Position numbers and translations under genes: made by a program | Notes under the pieces: generated by a model | Seen by the model: the letters and a program-made list of their open reading frames with translations, nothing else | Databases searched by the model: none | What the model was told of the DNA's origin: nothing | Shown: positions 52,445 through 64,000 of the stretch, piece by piece | Layout of the letters: each line of letters begins with the position of its first letter | Position numbering within the stretch: position 1 is the first letter of the stretch | Assembly: GCA_964188305.1 (NCBI GenBank) | Contig: OZ076895.1 | Source of the DNA: Podarcis bocagei | Lineage: Eukaryota | Reading direction: 5' to 3' (one strand) | DNA: 64,000 bases

Positions 52445-52573
52445 CTTGATAATATTTTGAAGAACTCTCTCATTTACAACAGCTTTGTGACAAGCTGTCT
52501 TTTGGTACAGGTCTACCACAACTTCTAAAGACCTCTCAGCAAATGGAACATAATTCAATGCTACCCACTCTGC
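52445..52573 (-). CDS. MON2: MON2 exon: [43 protein letters not shown]
   Basis: GT-AG; 129 nt; phase 0/0. Confidence 0.95.
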
Positions 52574-52866
52574 CTAGAAAAGTAAGATTGGGACATCAGT
52601 GCATGTAGAGAAACAAGACTATTAAAAAAAAAACAAATCCTGCAATGGACCTATTTTGATGCCATGCAAAAAATTTTGAAAATTCCACAAGGAAAATTAT
52701 TTGATCCATGAAAAACTTACAAAAAGAAATCTTCCAAGCCCTCACACATACAGAATTGAGAATAGGGGTGCACAATTGAAATTTAAAAGTATTTTTTAAG
52801 CAAGTGAAATGTTGCAATTTATGCAGCAAGAAGACTAAGCACAATCTTTAAAGAATTTGAACTCAC

Positions 52867-52884
52867 CGGTGCAAACAGTTGTAT
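52867..52884 (-). CDS. MON2: MON2 18-nt microexon: IQLFAP
   Basis: caatag|ATACAACTGTTTGCACCG|gtgagt; symmetric phase 0; restores the NAKYNQ-IQLFAP-AEWVAL sequence of long MON2 isoforms. Confidence 0.9.
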
Positions 52885-53374
52885 CTATTGTGATTCCATT
52901 GTGTTGCATGATAAACAGAATAAGGGAAAATTAATACACATACACACAGTATCTATTAAAATTCTGATGACTCATTCTTCTGTTGAGTATGATTAGTATT
53001 GTAAATGCATTCAAAGCAATGGTATCACAAAACAGAAGAATGAAAAGAGAGCCTAACAGGAAAATTTAGAATGCAGAACTGAGTGCAGGTTGATTAAAGC
53101 AACTTTGTTAGGCTAATATAGATATATTTTGCTAGTTTTCACTACAAATGTATAGTTTTCTTTTCTAATAGAATGCAATCTCAAAATGGAAAGGTAACAA
53201 GAAAAAAAGGAAAGAACTTGAAATGAAAAACCAGCAAACATTTATTAAATTAGTTGATAACACAAATGTCCAAATGCAGGAAAATGATGGAATTTAAAGA
53301 ACTCATGCAAAGCTGATCATATCTGGAAGCCAGTGACCTCAAAAACAGAACTGCTAAAATTCAACACACCTCAC

Positions 53375-53518
53375 CTGATTGTATTTTGCATTTGCAATGT
53401 GCTTTGTTTCTAGCTGTCCATATTGCGGTGGTTTACAGGAAAATTCAACAAATGCCAGCAACTGATCAAAGATAGCAGGATACATTATTTGCATGCTTTC
53501 TGAACCCACACATATGGC
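53375..53518 (-). CDS. MON2: MON2 exon: [48 protein letters not shown]
   Basis: GT-AG; 144 nt. Confidence 0.95.
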
Positions 53519-53599
53519 CTATAAGAAGCAAAACGAAAGCATTAATATTTCTAGAAACATAAAGCATGCAATAATGCAGCTCAGGGCCATTCAATAAAG

Positions 53600-53960
53600 C
53601 TCCGTTTTAAAAGATTCAGGGCAGATAAAAGAAATTACCTCCCTCACAAAGCACCTGGTTGAACTATGGAATTTGCTATCACAAGATGTAGTTAGAATGA
53701 CAAACTTGGATGGCTTTAAAAGAATCAGATTCATGGAGAAGTGTATCAATGGCTAATAGCCAGAATTGCTATGTCCTAACTCCACCGTCAGAGGCAGTAT
53801 TTGTCTGAATACCGATTCCTGGGACTCACAAGTGGGGAGAGTTCTGCTGCACTTAGGTGCTGCTTGCAAACTTCCCAGAGGCATCTGCTTGTCTACTGGG
53901 AGAATAGGATGCTAGGCTAGATAGTGGGACTTTGGTCTGATCCAGCAGACCTCTTCTTAT
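53600..53960 (+). mobile_element. Decayed CR1-like LINE 3' fragment
   Basis: cttggatggctttaaaa...ttcatggag...tcaatggcta...ttggtctgatccagcag..ctcttcttat pattern. Confidence 0.6.
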
Positions 53961-53961
53961 A

Positions 53962-54187
53962 CAGCGGTATCTCAGGTTAAGTACTTAATTCGTCCCGCAG
54001 GTCCGTACTTAACCTGAAACTGTTCTTAACCTGAAGCACCACTTTAGCTAATGGGGCCTCCTGCTGCTCTTGCGCCGCCGCTGCACAATTTCTGTTCTCA
54101 TCCTGAAGCAAAGTTCTTAACCCAAGGTACTATTTCTGTGTTAGCGGAGTCTGTAACCTGAAGCGTATGTAACCCGAGGTACCACTG
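53962..54187. mobile_element. Tc1/mariner-superfamily MITE (family A)
   Basis: TA TSD; homologous to 12664-12905. Confidence 0.88.
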
Positions 54188-54587
54188 TATATGGCATAAA
54201 CACACAAACAAGAGGGCTCTGGCCATATATTGTATGGGATGATAGAAATGGAAGGGACCTTAAAGCCCATCAAGCCCAACCTCTTGTTTGTTGAGACGAT
54301 GATTAAGTTTGATTTTGGTTACGAAGTATCTCTCTTCCCTGCCACAACACACATACACACTGTCAACAATTTGAAAGCATGTGTTACAAGAATCTGAGAC
54401 GCTGTGGGCATTTAGTTTCTGAAGCATGAAGAAAGGGTCAACAAACTACTAACTAGCACACACAAAACATACATTGGATGCATTCCAGTCTGTGGAACTG
54501 TGACAACAGCGTTCAGAAGGGGCGTTCTGTAATATTATAACAGAAAATACGCATCAATTGCTGGGGTTAACTTAGTAACTGCTCTGC

Positions 54588-55262
54588 CAGGGTGGATTTG
54601 ATTTAAATCACACACAAGTCAGTAAGACTTGATGTAAATCACTAGTCAGTAAGACTTGATTTAAATCATGTTTTTTGCAGAAAGACTCATTCTTGCTGGT
54701 ATAATCTTAATATCTACAACCAGATGAAGGTTTCATTTTTGGAATAATAAATTTTCAGAGTAGTTTTTACAGTTATATCAAAAATTACTGATTTGGTTAT
54801 ACTATTAGAAATACATAGACAGATAATTATGAAATTATTGTGAGGTTCAATAAGTTAACTGTTTATATTTGGACAACTTTTCTGCTGTACTTTATTGGAA
54901 GGAGAAAAATAATGATTTCCTTAATAAAAATTTAAACAATTTATTTAACTAAAACAATAACATTATAGCATATGTATCCATGTTTGCTTACTGATATGGT
55001 TAAACGGTTTGGTTTTGTTTTTTAAAAAAAATAGATTGAGTTTTGGAACACATGAAAAGCTTAAAACAAATCCTTATTTCCCAATGAATAGCCTTTGGAC
55101 TATAATGTAACTTAAACAGAAAACTATCCTTAGAAATATTTTTCCTCCCAAGGTATTTTATTTTAAAAATCTGATTTAAATAAAAAAAAAATCGATTTAA
55201 ATTTTTAAAAATCCAATTTTTTATTATTACTTTTTTTAAAAAAATCGTTGTTATCCACCCTG
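54588..55262. mobile_element. AT-rich non-autonomous hAT-type element, 675 bp
   Basis: TIR cagggtggat/atccaccctg; perfect 8-bp TSD tgctctgc; repeated gatttaaat subterminal motifs. Confidence 0.9.
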
Positions 55263-55860
55263 TGCTCTGCATTTATTTCACAATAGAACATTTAAAAATA
55301 AGATCAAATAAGAACTCTCAGTACAATATTATCCTTAAATTACACTAAACAGATGGGAACTCAACTAAAATTCCACTCTGCGTAAAATACAATCTTATAT
55401 AATGTTATGGTTGTGATGGTGGTACACAATGCCAGTGCATGTGACAAAAAGAAGTGGATTTCAGGGTGTTGCAGGTGCAGAGCAGAGCTTAGTCTGAATC
55501 CTATGCTTTGTTAGATCTTCACTGTCCTTGTCAATGGCATAACATGATGTCATCAAAAGAAGTGGATTCACACACACTCCAACGTCTCCCTTTTCCACAG
55601 GTTAGACACCAATTCAATACTTATAAAGTATGTTTCTCACAGTGTTATGTAGTCTACAAGTAAGACTTATAGTAGTGTGTGACCAGTGGGAAATAAACTA
55701 TTCCTATGAGGGGTTGCCATCTTTTTTCACCCTGGGCGTCTCAAAATGTTCACATTGCACAGCAACATAACTGGTTCAGCAGTGATGGAAACTCGCTTCT
55801 CCTGTTTCTCAGTGCACTGCTTTCTCCTCAATATTACCAACCAGCTCATGATATTTATTA

Positions 55861-56218
55861 AAGGTAATGGTAAAAGGACCCCTGACCATTAGGTCCAGTC
55901 ATGGCAGACTCTGGGGTTGCAGTGCTCATCTTACTTTATTGGCTGAGGGAGCCGACGTACAGCTTCTGGGTCATGTGGCCAGCATGACTAAGCCGCTTCT
56001 GGAGAACCAGAGCAGCACACGGAAACGCCGTTTACCTTCCCGCCGGCGTGGTACCTATTTATCTACTTGCACTTTGACGTGCTTTCAAACTGCTAGGTTG
56101 GCAGGAGCAGGGACCAAGCAAGGGGAGCTCACTCTGTCGTGGGGATTCGAACCACCAGCCTTCTGATCAGCAAGTCCTAGGCTCTGTGGTTTAACCCACA
56201 GCGCCACCTGCGTCCCCC
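55861..56218 (-). mobile_element. Sauria SINE, full length
   Basis: Head and tail present; perfect 14-bp TSD catgatatttatta. Confidence 0.93.
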
Positions 56219-56901
56219 CATGATATTTATTACTGTGAGCTTATTCCTATAAGTAGGCATTCTTCTTTGTCTCTGTGTCCTCTATATTTATTACTTGAAA
56301 TAACTTTCCAACCCCCTCACACTGCAATGCAAACATAAATATGATGTATTCTATGCACATCAAGTGGAATAAGTGGCACCACAGTGAGGCTGCAGAATGG
56401 TTGCTGCGTTTAGCATGACACTCCTTCCTTCTTCATATGAGTATGGCTAATTCTTTATCAAAAGGCTGCTGGTGGCTCTGTTTTGGCTTCCAAGGCATTC
56501 TCTGTGTAAAGGGAGCCTTAAAGCTTACGGCTGAAAGTATCAGCTGCTGATTCTTAACCCATAAGCCACCTGTGCCTCTCACATAATCAACTTTGGCATT
56601 TTCTTTAAAATATCATACACAATTATTCTTGGTTCACTGTAATTCTGTATGAACGTCTGATTCAACAAATTTATGAAGATGACCTAGCTGCAAATGTAAT
56701 CTGCTGAAGTCACGTTTGAACAGGAAGAAACCTGCAGAAAGCAGAAAAGACAGGCCTGGAAGAGGCTCTCAAGGAGCAAAAGTACCTTATAAAACTATTA
56801 CCATCGCCAATTATATCTACCAATATTTAACCTATTCGCATTATAGATGGGCAATATGAAGTTGAGTGTCTGCCTTTCAGAAATAATTTAAAAACTATTA
56901 C

Positions 56902-57530
56902 CTTTTGTAAGACATCTAAAGCTGTTAGAACCGCTTCTTGCAAACTTGTTAGAACTGCCTCCGTGTATGATGGTAGGATGAAAGGGGATGCATCTGAACT
57001 GATTGGAACAGAAACTGCACCATGTAGAATAACACCCAATTTTTGGAGATCATCCATACTGAAACCTGTTTTGATGTGCTGGTAAAGGGCTGGGAATATC
57101 TGTATTAAAGCTGTTAGAAAAGGCTGGCTGGGGATAAAAGTCATTTTATCGCAAGAAACTGGAGGCTTTGTGCTTTCTGAGCCAATCCTAAACCAGCTGT
57201 TCCAGGCAGCCCACCAAAGATTCAAGTCTTCAATTTCATCTGTTATTACAGGAGGTTCTGCAACGTTATACCTTCCAATCCTTTCTCCTATAGAATCAGT
57301 TCTCATAAAAGATCTTCCAAGGCCAGTGGCAGTCACTGTTCCTATGAGGACAGGCACAGGCATATTAATAGCAGGTGGTGTGTCAGGTTTTTCAGTTTCT
57401 CTAACAGGGGACACAATTTGTAAGATTTCCTGAAAGCTTTTCAAAGCAGCCAGAGAAACTTCGTTGTTTTTGCTGAGTGCAGCTGACTGGATGTGATCAA
57501 GAAGGACATCCCAAGCTTGAGAAAAATCTC
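56902..57530 (-). CDS. MON2: MON2 large exon: [19 protein letters not shown]...[12 protein letters not shown]
   Basis: GT-AG; 629 nt; overlaps the 205-aa ORF 56827-57444. Confidence 0.97.
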
Positions 57531-58095
57531 CTGTTGGGGAAAAAGAAGTTTCAGAAAGCTGTCCATTTCATTATCATGCTCCCCCCCTCCTTTTTCTCCT
57601 TTTTAAAAGTGACTTTTAGTAAGTGGCATAATAATGATGATACATCGTAAGAAAAAAGCTCAGCAGGAGAAATCAGAGGATAGGTGTGCTACATAACCAA
57701 GAACACACTGTTACAAGGCAGCATTTATGCCTGCCAAAGATCTGTGGTTACAGAATACGTAGTATATTATTTGCACTTATTAGTTGCTTTTCTTTTTTTA
57801 AAAAAATGTAACTCAAAGTGATTTACAAAAATAGCACATTTGAAAAAAACTAAAACAGAGTAAAAGCTAAAAATGCATTTGTATTTATAAAAAGTCAGGA
57901 GTAGAGTACCCCACCCTCTAGAGGAGGCCAGATAAGGCCAGGCAACCTGTTGTGACCTGTTCTGAGATTATTTTATGATGAATGGTGGGATACAAATCTT
58001 AATAAATAAAATAAATCAACCTATAACTGTGGGATCTTCCCCTGCCCAAGTAAAAAATATTCACTGGCCATAAACAAGCAAAGAAGACATTATAC

Positions 58096-58294
58096 CTAAT
58101 GACTGTAGCAGGTATCTCCTTGTGTTAAATATTCTAGCTACTCCAGCCAACGTTAACACCCATGTTTCAGCCCACTGTTTCTCTGCTGTATCTCTTGAAT
58201 GGTGAATGAGGATATTGCCACCACCAGACTCAATCTTCTCTTTATCAGCAGTTGTAGACGACTCTCTCACTCGATCCAGCAAATGAAACAGAAC
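58096..58294 (-). CDS. MON2: MON2 exon: [45 protein letters not shown]...LLQSL
   Basis: GT-AG; 199 nt; conserved [11 protein letters not shown] motif. Confidence 0.97.
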
Positions 58295-59074
58295 CTATAA
58301 AATGAAGCATTCCAGAACTTAATAGTCTAGCTGTGCCTTGCAACTGAAGCTTACAAAATAATAAACAAAAATGTGGGCAAGTTATTTTCTTTCTCAGGCA
58401 AAGTATGTTAAAGATTCCAGTTTACTTAAATCGACCAACACCAACATTTTTAGCCTATAGATGTTTGCTCAGAATTATCAGTACATTTCAACACCATGTT
58501 CACCTGGAAGTTCACAACCACACTTAAAATAGTCTGCGCTGACAAGCACTCCACTACGTTTTCTTAAAAAGTATTTGCTGAAACATGCCTGACACTGACT
58601 GCAATGGGAGTTCATAAAAGTGTGTTCCAATATCAGTGACTTTGTAGAAAATGTGGAAGCACATATTTCAAAAACTGCACAGCTTCCATCTTAGCTAAGA
58701 TGCACATGAAGCAGAATGTCATGAATGTTGAGATAAGAGAGACAGAAAGGAAAAATAGATTATGCATGAGAAGGAAGTTGTGCATCTATAAGGCAAATTA
58801 TTAAGAAGCCCATGTTGCATTTTAAAGTAGGTTATATGTCTGGAAAGGCTAAAGCCCACTGAATTACTTGGCAAAAGCTGGCAGAAAGTCAAACAAACGG
58901 ATTGGACACTAAGGACCAATAGAGAATAGGGCGATTTCCTCTTGCAGTAAATTATACATTGCAGCCAAGATAATTGAAACTGAAAAACAAGAATACCAAG
59001 CACACATAAATACAACTAGGATAAGACACAGTTGTGATATTACTGTTTTAAGATGTATGGTTTTTGTATTCTAC

Positions 59075-59368
59075 CTTCCAAATAACTGTGTGCCACGTTG
59101 AGTGCTGAAGTAAAGTTCCATGAGCACCAATTGTAGAGAATAAGGTCTGCCCAGCACTCTTTCTCACGGCAGGCCGTGGATCTACACAGAGCTCCCCTAG
59201 TTTGGCATACAGACATAGCCAAAGGCAGTCAAATGGTGGTGCTGGGTGAAAAGGACGGTTCAGTGCTATTCCTTTTTCTTCTGCTTGCTTCTGTAGCAAT
59301 GCTTCCTCTTTGTTCAGATCTTTTTCAATAATTTCACCTCTTTGGAAGAAATAGTCTGAAATGTTCCA
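59075..59368 (-). CDS. MON2: MON2 exon: [12 protein letters not shown]...[17 protein letters not shown]...TVIWK
   Basis: GT-AG; 294 nt. Confidence 0.97.
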
Positions 59369-60465
59369 CTGCAAAAACAAAGAATGCATCTTCATAAATT
59401 ATGTTTACAGAGCACAGAGAAGGGTGGCAACCATTCTGTTGAACTAATTACCCTAAAAATTGTGCCAAGCTCCATGCTAGTACTAGGTTTGCTGGCTAGT
59501 TTTCACATTTTTATGCAGGAAGGTTTTGGGAAGTGTTGCTGGAGTGCTAAGTTGAGTTCCCTTTTAAATGGGTTTTTATGGTAGCTGGTTTTAAATACTA
59601 CTTTAAAGAGCGAGGTTGTCTGAATTCTTTGATGCTGCTTTGGGTTTCATTTTTAAAAAATAAAGGAACAAGTGTAAATGAATGAATGAATCCAGCAGCA
59701 AGCGGTTACATCTAAGAACATATTCTGGTTGACCTGTGAATTATAATCCTGAACAAGCAATAAATAAAAGACCAGGCTACAATTTCAATCCTGCTGCACA
59801 CTTAACGATAAACCATATTTTATTTGGGACAAAATAATACTCAAAGTATGTCATGCTGATGCTCCTCTTACTCATTTCTGGCAAAGAAGGTCTTAGAACG
59901 GTTGTGCTCATTATTAATTTATACAGGACAGAACCTGTTACTTGAAATGCTTTAGTTTTCCAAAGAAAGACTTATCTTTCATCTCAATGGACTCAGCTTT
60001 TCCTACCAGGTGCCTGACTCTAACTAATAAGCACAATCCAGAGAAAGTAGAAGTGGCTTAAATTACACCAAAAATCAATGGAAATTGACACTTAACTCTC
60101 CCTTGAAAGCTGTGTCCAATCAGTTCCAAAAATCTCAACACCATAGAATACGTTTTCTGGAACTTGCACACCAACTCCTTCTATTTTGTATCAATGAATC
60201 AGGAATTGTATTTCTCAATATCTGAAACATAAAAACCTGGGAGCTGCCAGTTGTTAAGGAGTTGTAGCTCTGTCAGGGGTAAACTACAATTCCCAGGATT
60301 CCTTTTTTTGGGGGGGGGGATGTATGGGGTGTGTATGCAGTCCAAGTCTCACAGAGCAATCCTATGCACATTTAGTTAAAAGTCAATCTCTCTGTTAAAT
60401 TATGCGAAATAATGCTAAACATTAGAAAGTAAAGTTCACAGCTAGGGGTTAAACTAAACACTCAC

Positions 60466-60628
60466 CAAGAGACCAATTGATGTTAAGCTAATGTTGAGTT
60501 CTTGATTGTGAAGCCCAAAGCTTCCAGCAACATCTACAACAATCTGTAGGCAAGTACATGGCATCGTTGGCAAGAAGTCAGTCACAACCAACTGTAGGCA
60601 CTGGAATGCAGTCCTTATTAGAGACTCT
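60466..60628 (-). CDS. MON2: MON2 exon: [24 protein letters not shown]...ISLTSIGLL
   Basis: GT-AG; 163 nt. Confidence 0.96.
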
Positions 60629-60834
60629 CTATTAACAAAGCAAAACAAAAATTTCTAGGTTTATCAAATGGTCATAAAATATCATGCTACCAAACAGATG
60701 ATTGCCCAATTGATACATTCAACTAGATACGTGGTAGTTCTGCATCAGTCCAACTCTCTGTGCTTAGCTGCTTACTATACAGACCTGTCCATTTTCAACA
60801 TGCTCAAGGAAGCCAATCCCCTCCACCAAATTAT

Positions 60835-61870
60835 GGGACGTGGGTGGCGCTGTGGTCTAAACCAGTGTTTCCCAACCTTTTTTGGGCAAAGGCACACTTG
60901 TTTCATGAAAAAAATCTCGAGGCACACCACCATTACAGCCCTGTGACGTCAGCGCGCAGCGTCACGCCGGGAGGGACGCACGAAAGTGTAAGTTTCAATT
61001 TTTTCCCCTCCCCCTTGCCTTCCTTCTGTGCCAACCGCCAAAAAGCCAAGAATCGCGGGACCGCCGGCGGAGGGGGGGAGGGCGAGCGGAGGCAGCGGCG
61101 AGCCCCGTTCCTCCCCATCTGCCCCATTCCGTGCAAGGAGCGCAAACAGGTGTGAGAAGGGGGTCAAACCTGCGGGTCGGCGCCGGGGAACCTCCAAGCT
61201 TTGGGGGTGGGGGGGGAGGAGGCAGTAAAGCGAGGCAGGAAGGAGAGCGCGGCTTGGCTGGGTGAGCTTTGGCAGGGGCAGGGAATGAGAGCCGCGAGGC
61301 GGGCGCTGCGGACGGAGGCGCTGCCCGCCGAGCTCGCAGGCAGCCAGGCAGGCAGACGGCGAGAGCCCCGCACTGGGCGGCCTCTCCTTGCCGCCGCCGC
61401 CCCGCCTCTCGCCGCCCGACTCGCCTGCCTCCCTCCAGGCAACATCTCGCGGCACACCAGGCAACATCTTGCGGCACACTAGTGTGCCGCGGAACAGTGG
61501 TTGAAAAACACTGGTCTAAACCACTGAACCTCTTGTGTTTGCAGATCGGAAGGTCAACAGTTCGAATCCCCATGACGGGGTGAGCTCGCGTTGCTCTGTC
61601 CCAGCTTCTGCTAACCTAGCAGTTCGAAAGCACACCAGTGCAAGTAGATAAATAAATACTGTTGCGGTGGGAAGGTAAACGGCATTTCTGTGTGCTCTGG
61701 CTTCCATCACGGTGTTCCATTGTTCCAGAAGTGGTTTAGTCATGCTGGCCACATGACCGGAAAGCTGTCTGTGGACAAACGCTGGCTCACTTGGCTTGAA
61801 GCAAGATGAGCACCGCACTGGATAGTCGTCTTTTATTGGACTTAACAGTCCAGGGGTCCTTTACCTTTTA
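60835..61870 (+). mobile_element. Sauria SINE interrupted by a hAT element
   Basis: Head gggacgtgggtggcgctgtggtctaaac at 60835, body resumes at 61522, tail cctttacctttta; TSD ccaccaaattat/ccaccaagttgt. Confidence 0.9.
60863..61513. mobile_element. GC-rich non-autonomous hAT (Charlie-like) element, 651 bp
   Basis: TIR cagtgtttcccaacc / ggttgaaaaacactg (13/15); perfect 8-bp TSD gtctaaac. Confidence 0.92.
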
Positions 61871-62371
61871 CCACCAAGTTGTATGGAACTGGCAAGTCTA
61901 CACATTGATGGCTTGACACATGTAATACCACCATTCTCTTCGACTTTCATATGACCATTATGCAATGTCTTGTATGTGTGGCATAGGTCATTCACTTTAC
62001 AGAAGCAAGAACAAACCGCATGCACTAAATACATTTAAATACATTTATGCACTAAATATATTTGAGAGTATTAGCTAAAAGGTTATAAAGTTTGGGTGAA
62101 AATAAGCAGCTTTTCTTTTCATATAAACACTAGGTGCAAAAAGATGAAGCTTAGAGGACATCAGAATATTTATTTTTTTTAGTTATGTGCTAGAGCCACA
62201 AAAAAACTTGTTACCCTAGGAATGAGGTTACTATATTTTGCACAATAATTTGGTGCAATAATTATATATAAAAAAGACTATGGAGCAGCACCACAAAGTG
62301 ACCTAAAAAACAGAAGCAGCAATGAAGATTAGCAATAGTAAATGTTTGCATCTTGGCTTCAAGAAACTCAC

Positions 62372-62547
62372 CCCTGATCACTTCTGATTGCTCCCATGAC
62401 TCCAAGTACCAAGGGCCACCCAGGCCCCAGACTGTCACCCTGGCTTTGCAAAATCTGTAGCACACATTCCAGTTGCTTGAGCCTAATATCAGGGTGATTG
62501 ATGTTTGACAGTTCTTTCAGTGGATTTAGAAGCAGCAACTGAAGTCT
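62372..62547 (-). CDS. MON2: MON2 exon: [59 protein letters not shown]
   Basis: GT-AG; 176 nt. Confidence 0.96.
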
Positions 62548-63480
62548 CTAGAAATAAAAGGGAAGTAGAGACTGAACTTTAGTTACGAAAGCATCTTGAA
62601 GCTAAACAGCATCATACTCAGAAGTGACAAGCTCAGTGGGGAGGCAGGGACCTATTGGACACCAATGGCAGCTGCGGAGGGACAGAAAGTGAAACACTGA
62701 AATTCTACATTCCAGCCTAAATCCAGTCTAGGCTGCCTCAACTCAAAGATCCTGGCCAGCAGCTACTTTTCTAGCATATCATCATTAGAAGTGTAGCTGC
62801 AGCCAGATCTGTGCCAAAAGGGTTAGAAGAGAGGAGAAAAGAGTGGGAAAATATAATTGCCTAGTAGCCACCAGCTGTCTGTGTCTCCTGCTGCTTACTC
62901 ATATACAGTGAAAAGTCCACACAAGATGCCTGGGTTATTGCCTCATCGTTGCTCAACCTGATTCCCCTAATACCCCACAACCTCCATTCTGCAATAAAGC
63001 CTCCTGTTTATTGTAGTGCTGAATCTTGTAAAAAAATAGTGAGCAGAACAAAGAAACAGAAACAGATGCAACCCTACAACCTCCAGGTTGGGAGCCAACA
63101 TACTGTTCTGGTGTCTACCTAGCTAGGTATGAAGCTACTGTAAGAAAATACTGGGGTTCCAGTTCTACACTGACTAACTTAGGAGTAAGCCCCTTAGGTC
63201 TGAATCAGCACACATAGGACAGCACTGCTATTCAGCTCAACAAGCAGCCACTTCTACTGGCTGGAAGAGCAGCCTTGACTCCTACAAGTCAGCTATGTAG
63301 GATGGGAAATTCCAGAGGCACAGACATTCCAGCTATATATTCATTACGTAGCTAACAATGTACAGAACTGTGGAAAATAACTTCTGATTCTTATTGACAA
63401 TTAATATAAATTACACGACGACTGCTTGCTATGGAGCATAATTTCCAGAAGATTTTTTATTTCCTGGAGCGTTATTTTAC

Positions 63481-63591
63481 CTGGTTCTGAGAGAGTGAAG
63501 GATCATGGTTAAATGTCAGCCCAGCCTTGATGAGAGACGTTAAAGCTTCTGCTCCCCATTCCCTCATCCGTGAGTTTGGATGTTGGCAAAC
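63481..63591 (-). CDS. MON2: MON2 exon: [37 protein letters not shown]
   Basis: GT-AG; 111 nt; the gene continues beyond the window end. Confidence 0.95.
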
Positions 63592-64000
63592 CTAAATATA
63601 CAATATAGCTTTCTTTATTCAAGCTGGAATGCACATTAATAAATATTCAACATTAATAATAGGTTTTCAATCTATGAATTCTTTTAAAATACTGATAACC
63701 ATAAGCTGATCTGGTACATATATACAACAATTGCTGTGTTATTATATTAATAGTAATTTCTGCGGCCCTTTCAGCATGCATGGTGCTTTGTAATTCTTAT
63801 CTCATGTGGCTTCTGAAAATAGGAAATACAAGATACATATTTCTTATTTGACTAATAATTAATTCTAGGTTTAGATGTTTTGTATCTTAATAAATTCTCT
63901 ATCCAATTCCAATGATATATGTGATTGCAGATTTACCAACTGTGCAAGCTGGCCCTAAGCTACAAATGAGTCATTCTACGTATATCAAAATCTCTCTTTG

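Noticed and set aside
60760-61583. Overlapping ORFs up to 192 aa on both strands
   Set aside because: Ala/Arg/Pro-rich products of stop-poor GC-rich sequence inside a TIR/TSD-bounded non-autonomous element; no transposase motifs.
1-64000. CRISPR arrays, operons or other prokaryotic systems
   Set aside because: The sequence is intron-rich vertebrate DNA; no regularly spaced repeat-spacer structure was seen.

Overview
Vertebrate genomic DNA, almost certainly from a squamate (lizard), judging by Sauria SINEs and squamate-type MITEs. It holds two convergent multi-exon genes. On the + strand are the last six coding exons and long 3'UTR of PPM1H (PP2C-family phosphatase; 1903-~29900). On the - strand are the last 15 coding exons of MON2 (45192-63591), including an 18-nt microexon. 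Between them is a CpG-island promoter (~40230-41650) reading on the - strand, with a YY1 site, an E-box, a short first exon and a 3' splice site that runs straight into a 132-nt run of N (40095-40226). The MON2 / let-7i / PPM1H synteny and the flanks indicate that this N block hides the let-7i microRNA hairpin; the hairpin itself is not readable. Introns carry many non-autonomous DNA transposons (hAT-type with 8-bp TSDs, Tc1/mariner-type with TA TSDs), SINEs, CR1/L2 fragments and microsatellites, including a GC-rich hAT element nested in a Sauria SINE. Almost all entries in the ORF track are spurious. Exon boundaries were set by hand from GT-AG sites and phase consistency; gene and repeat names come from recognition, not from a database search.
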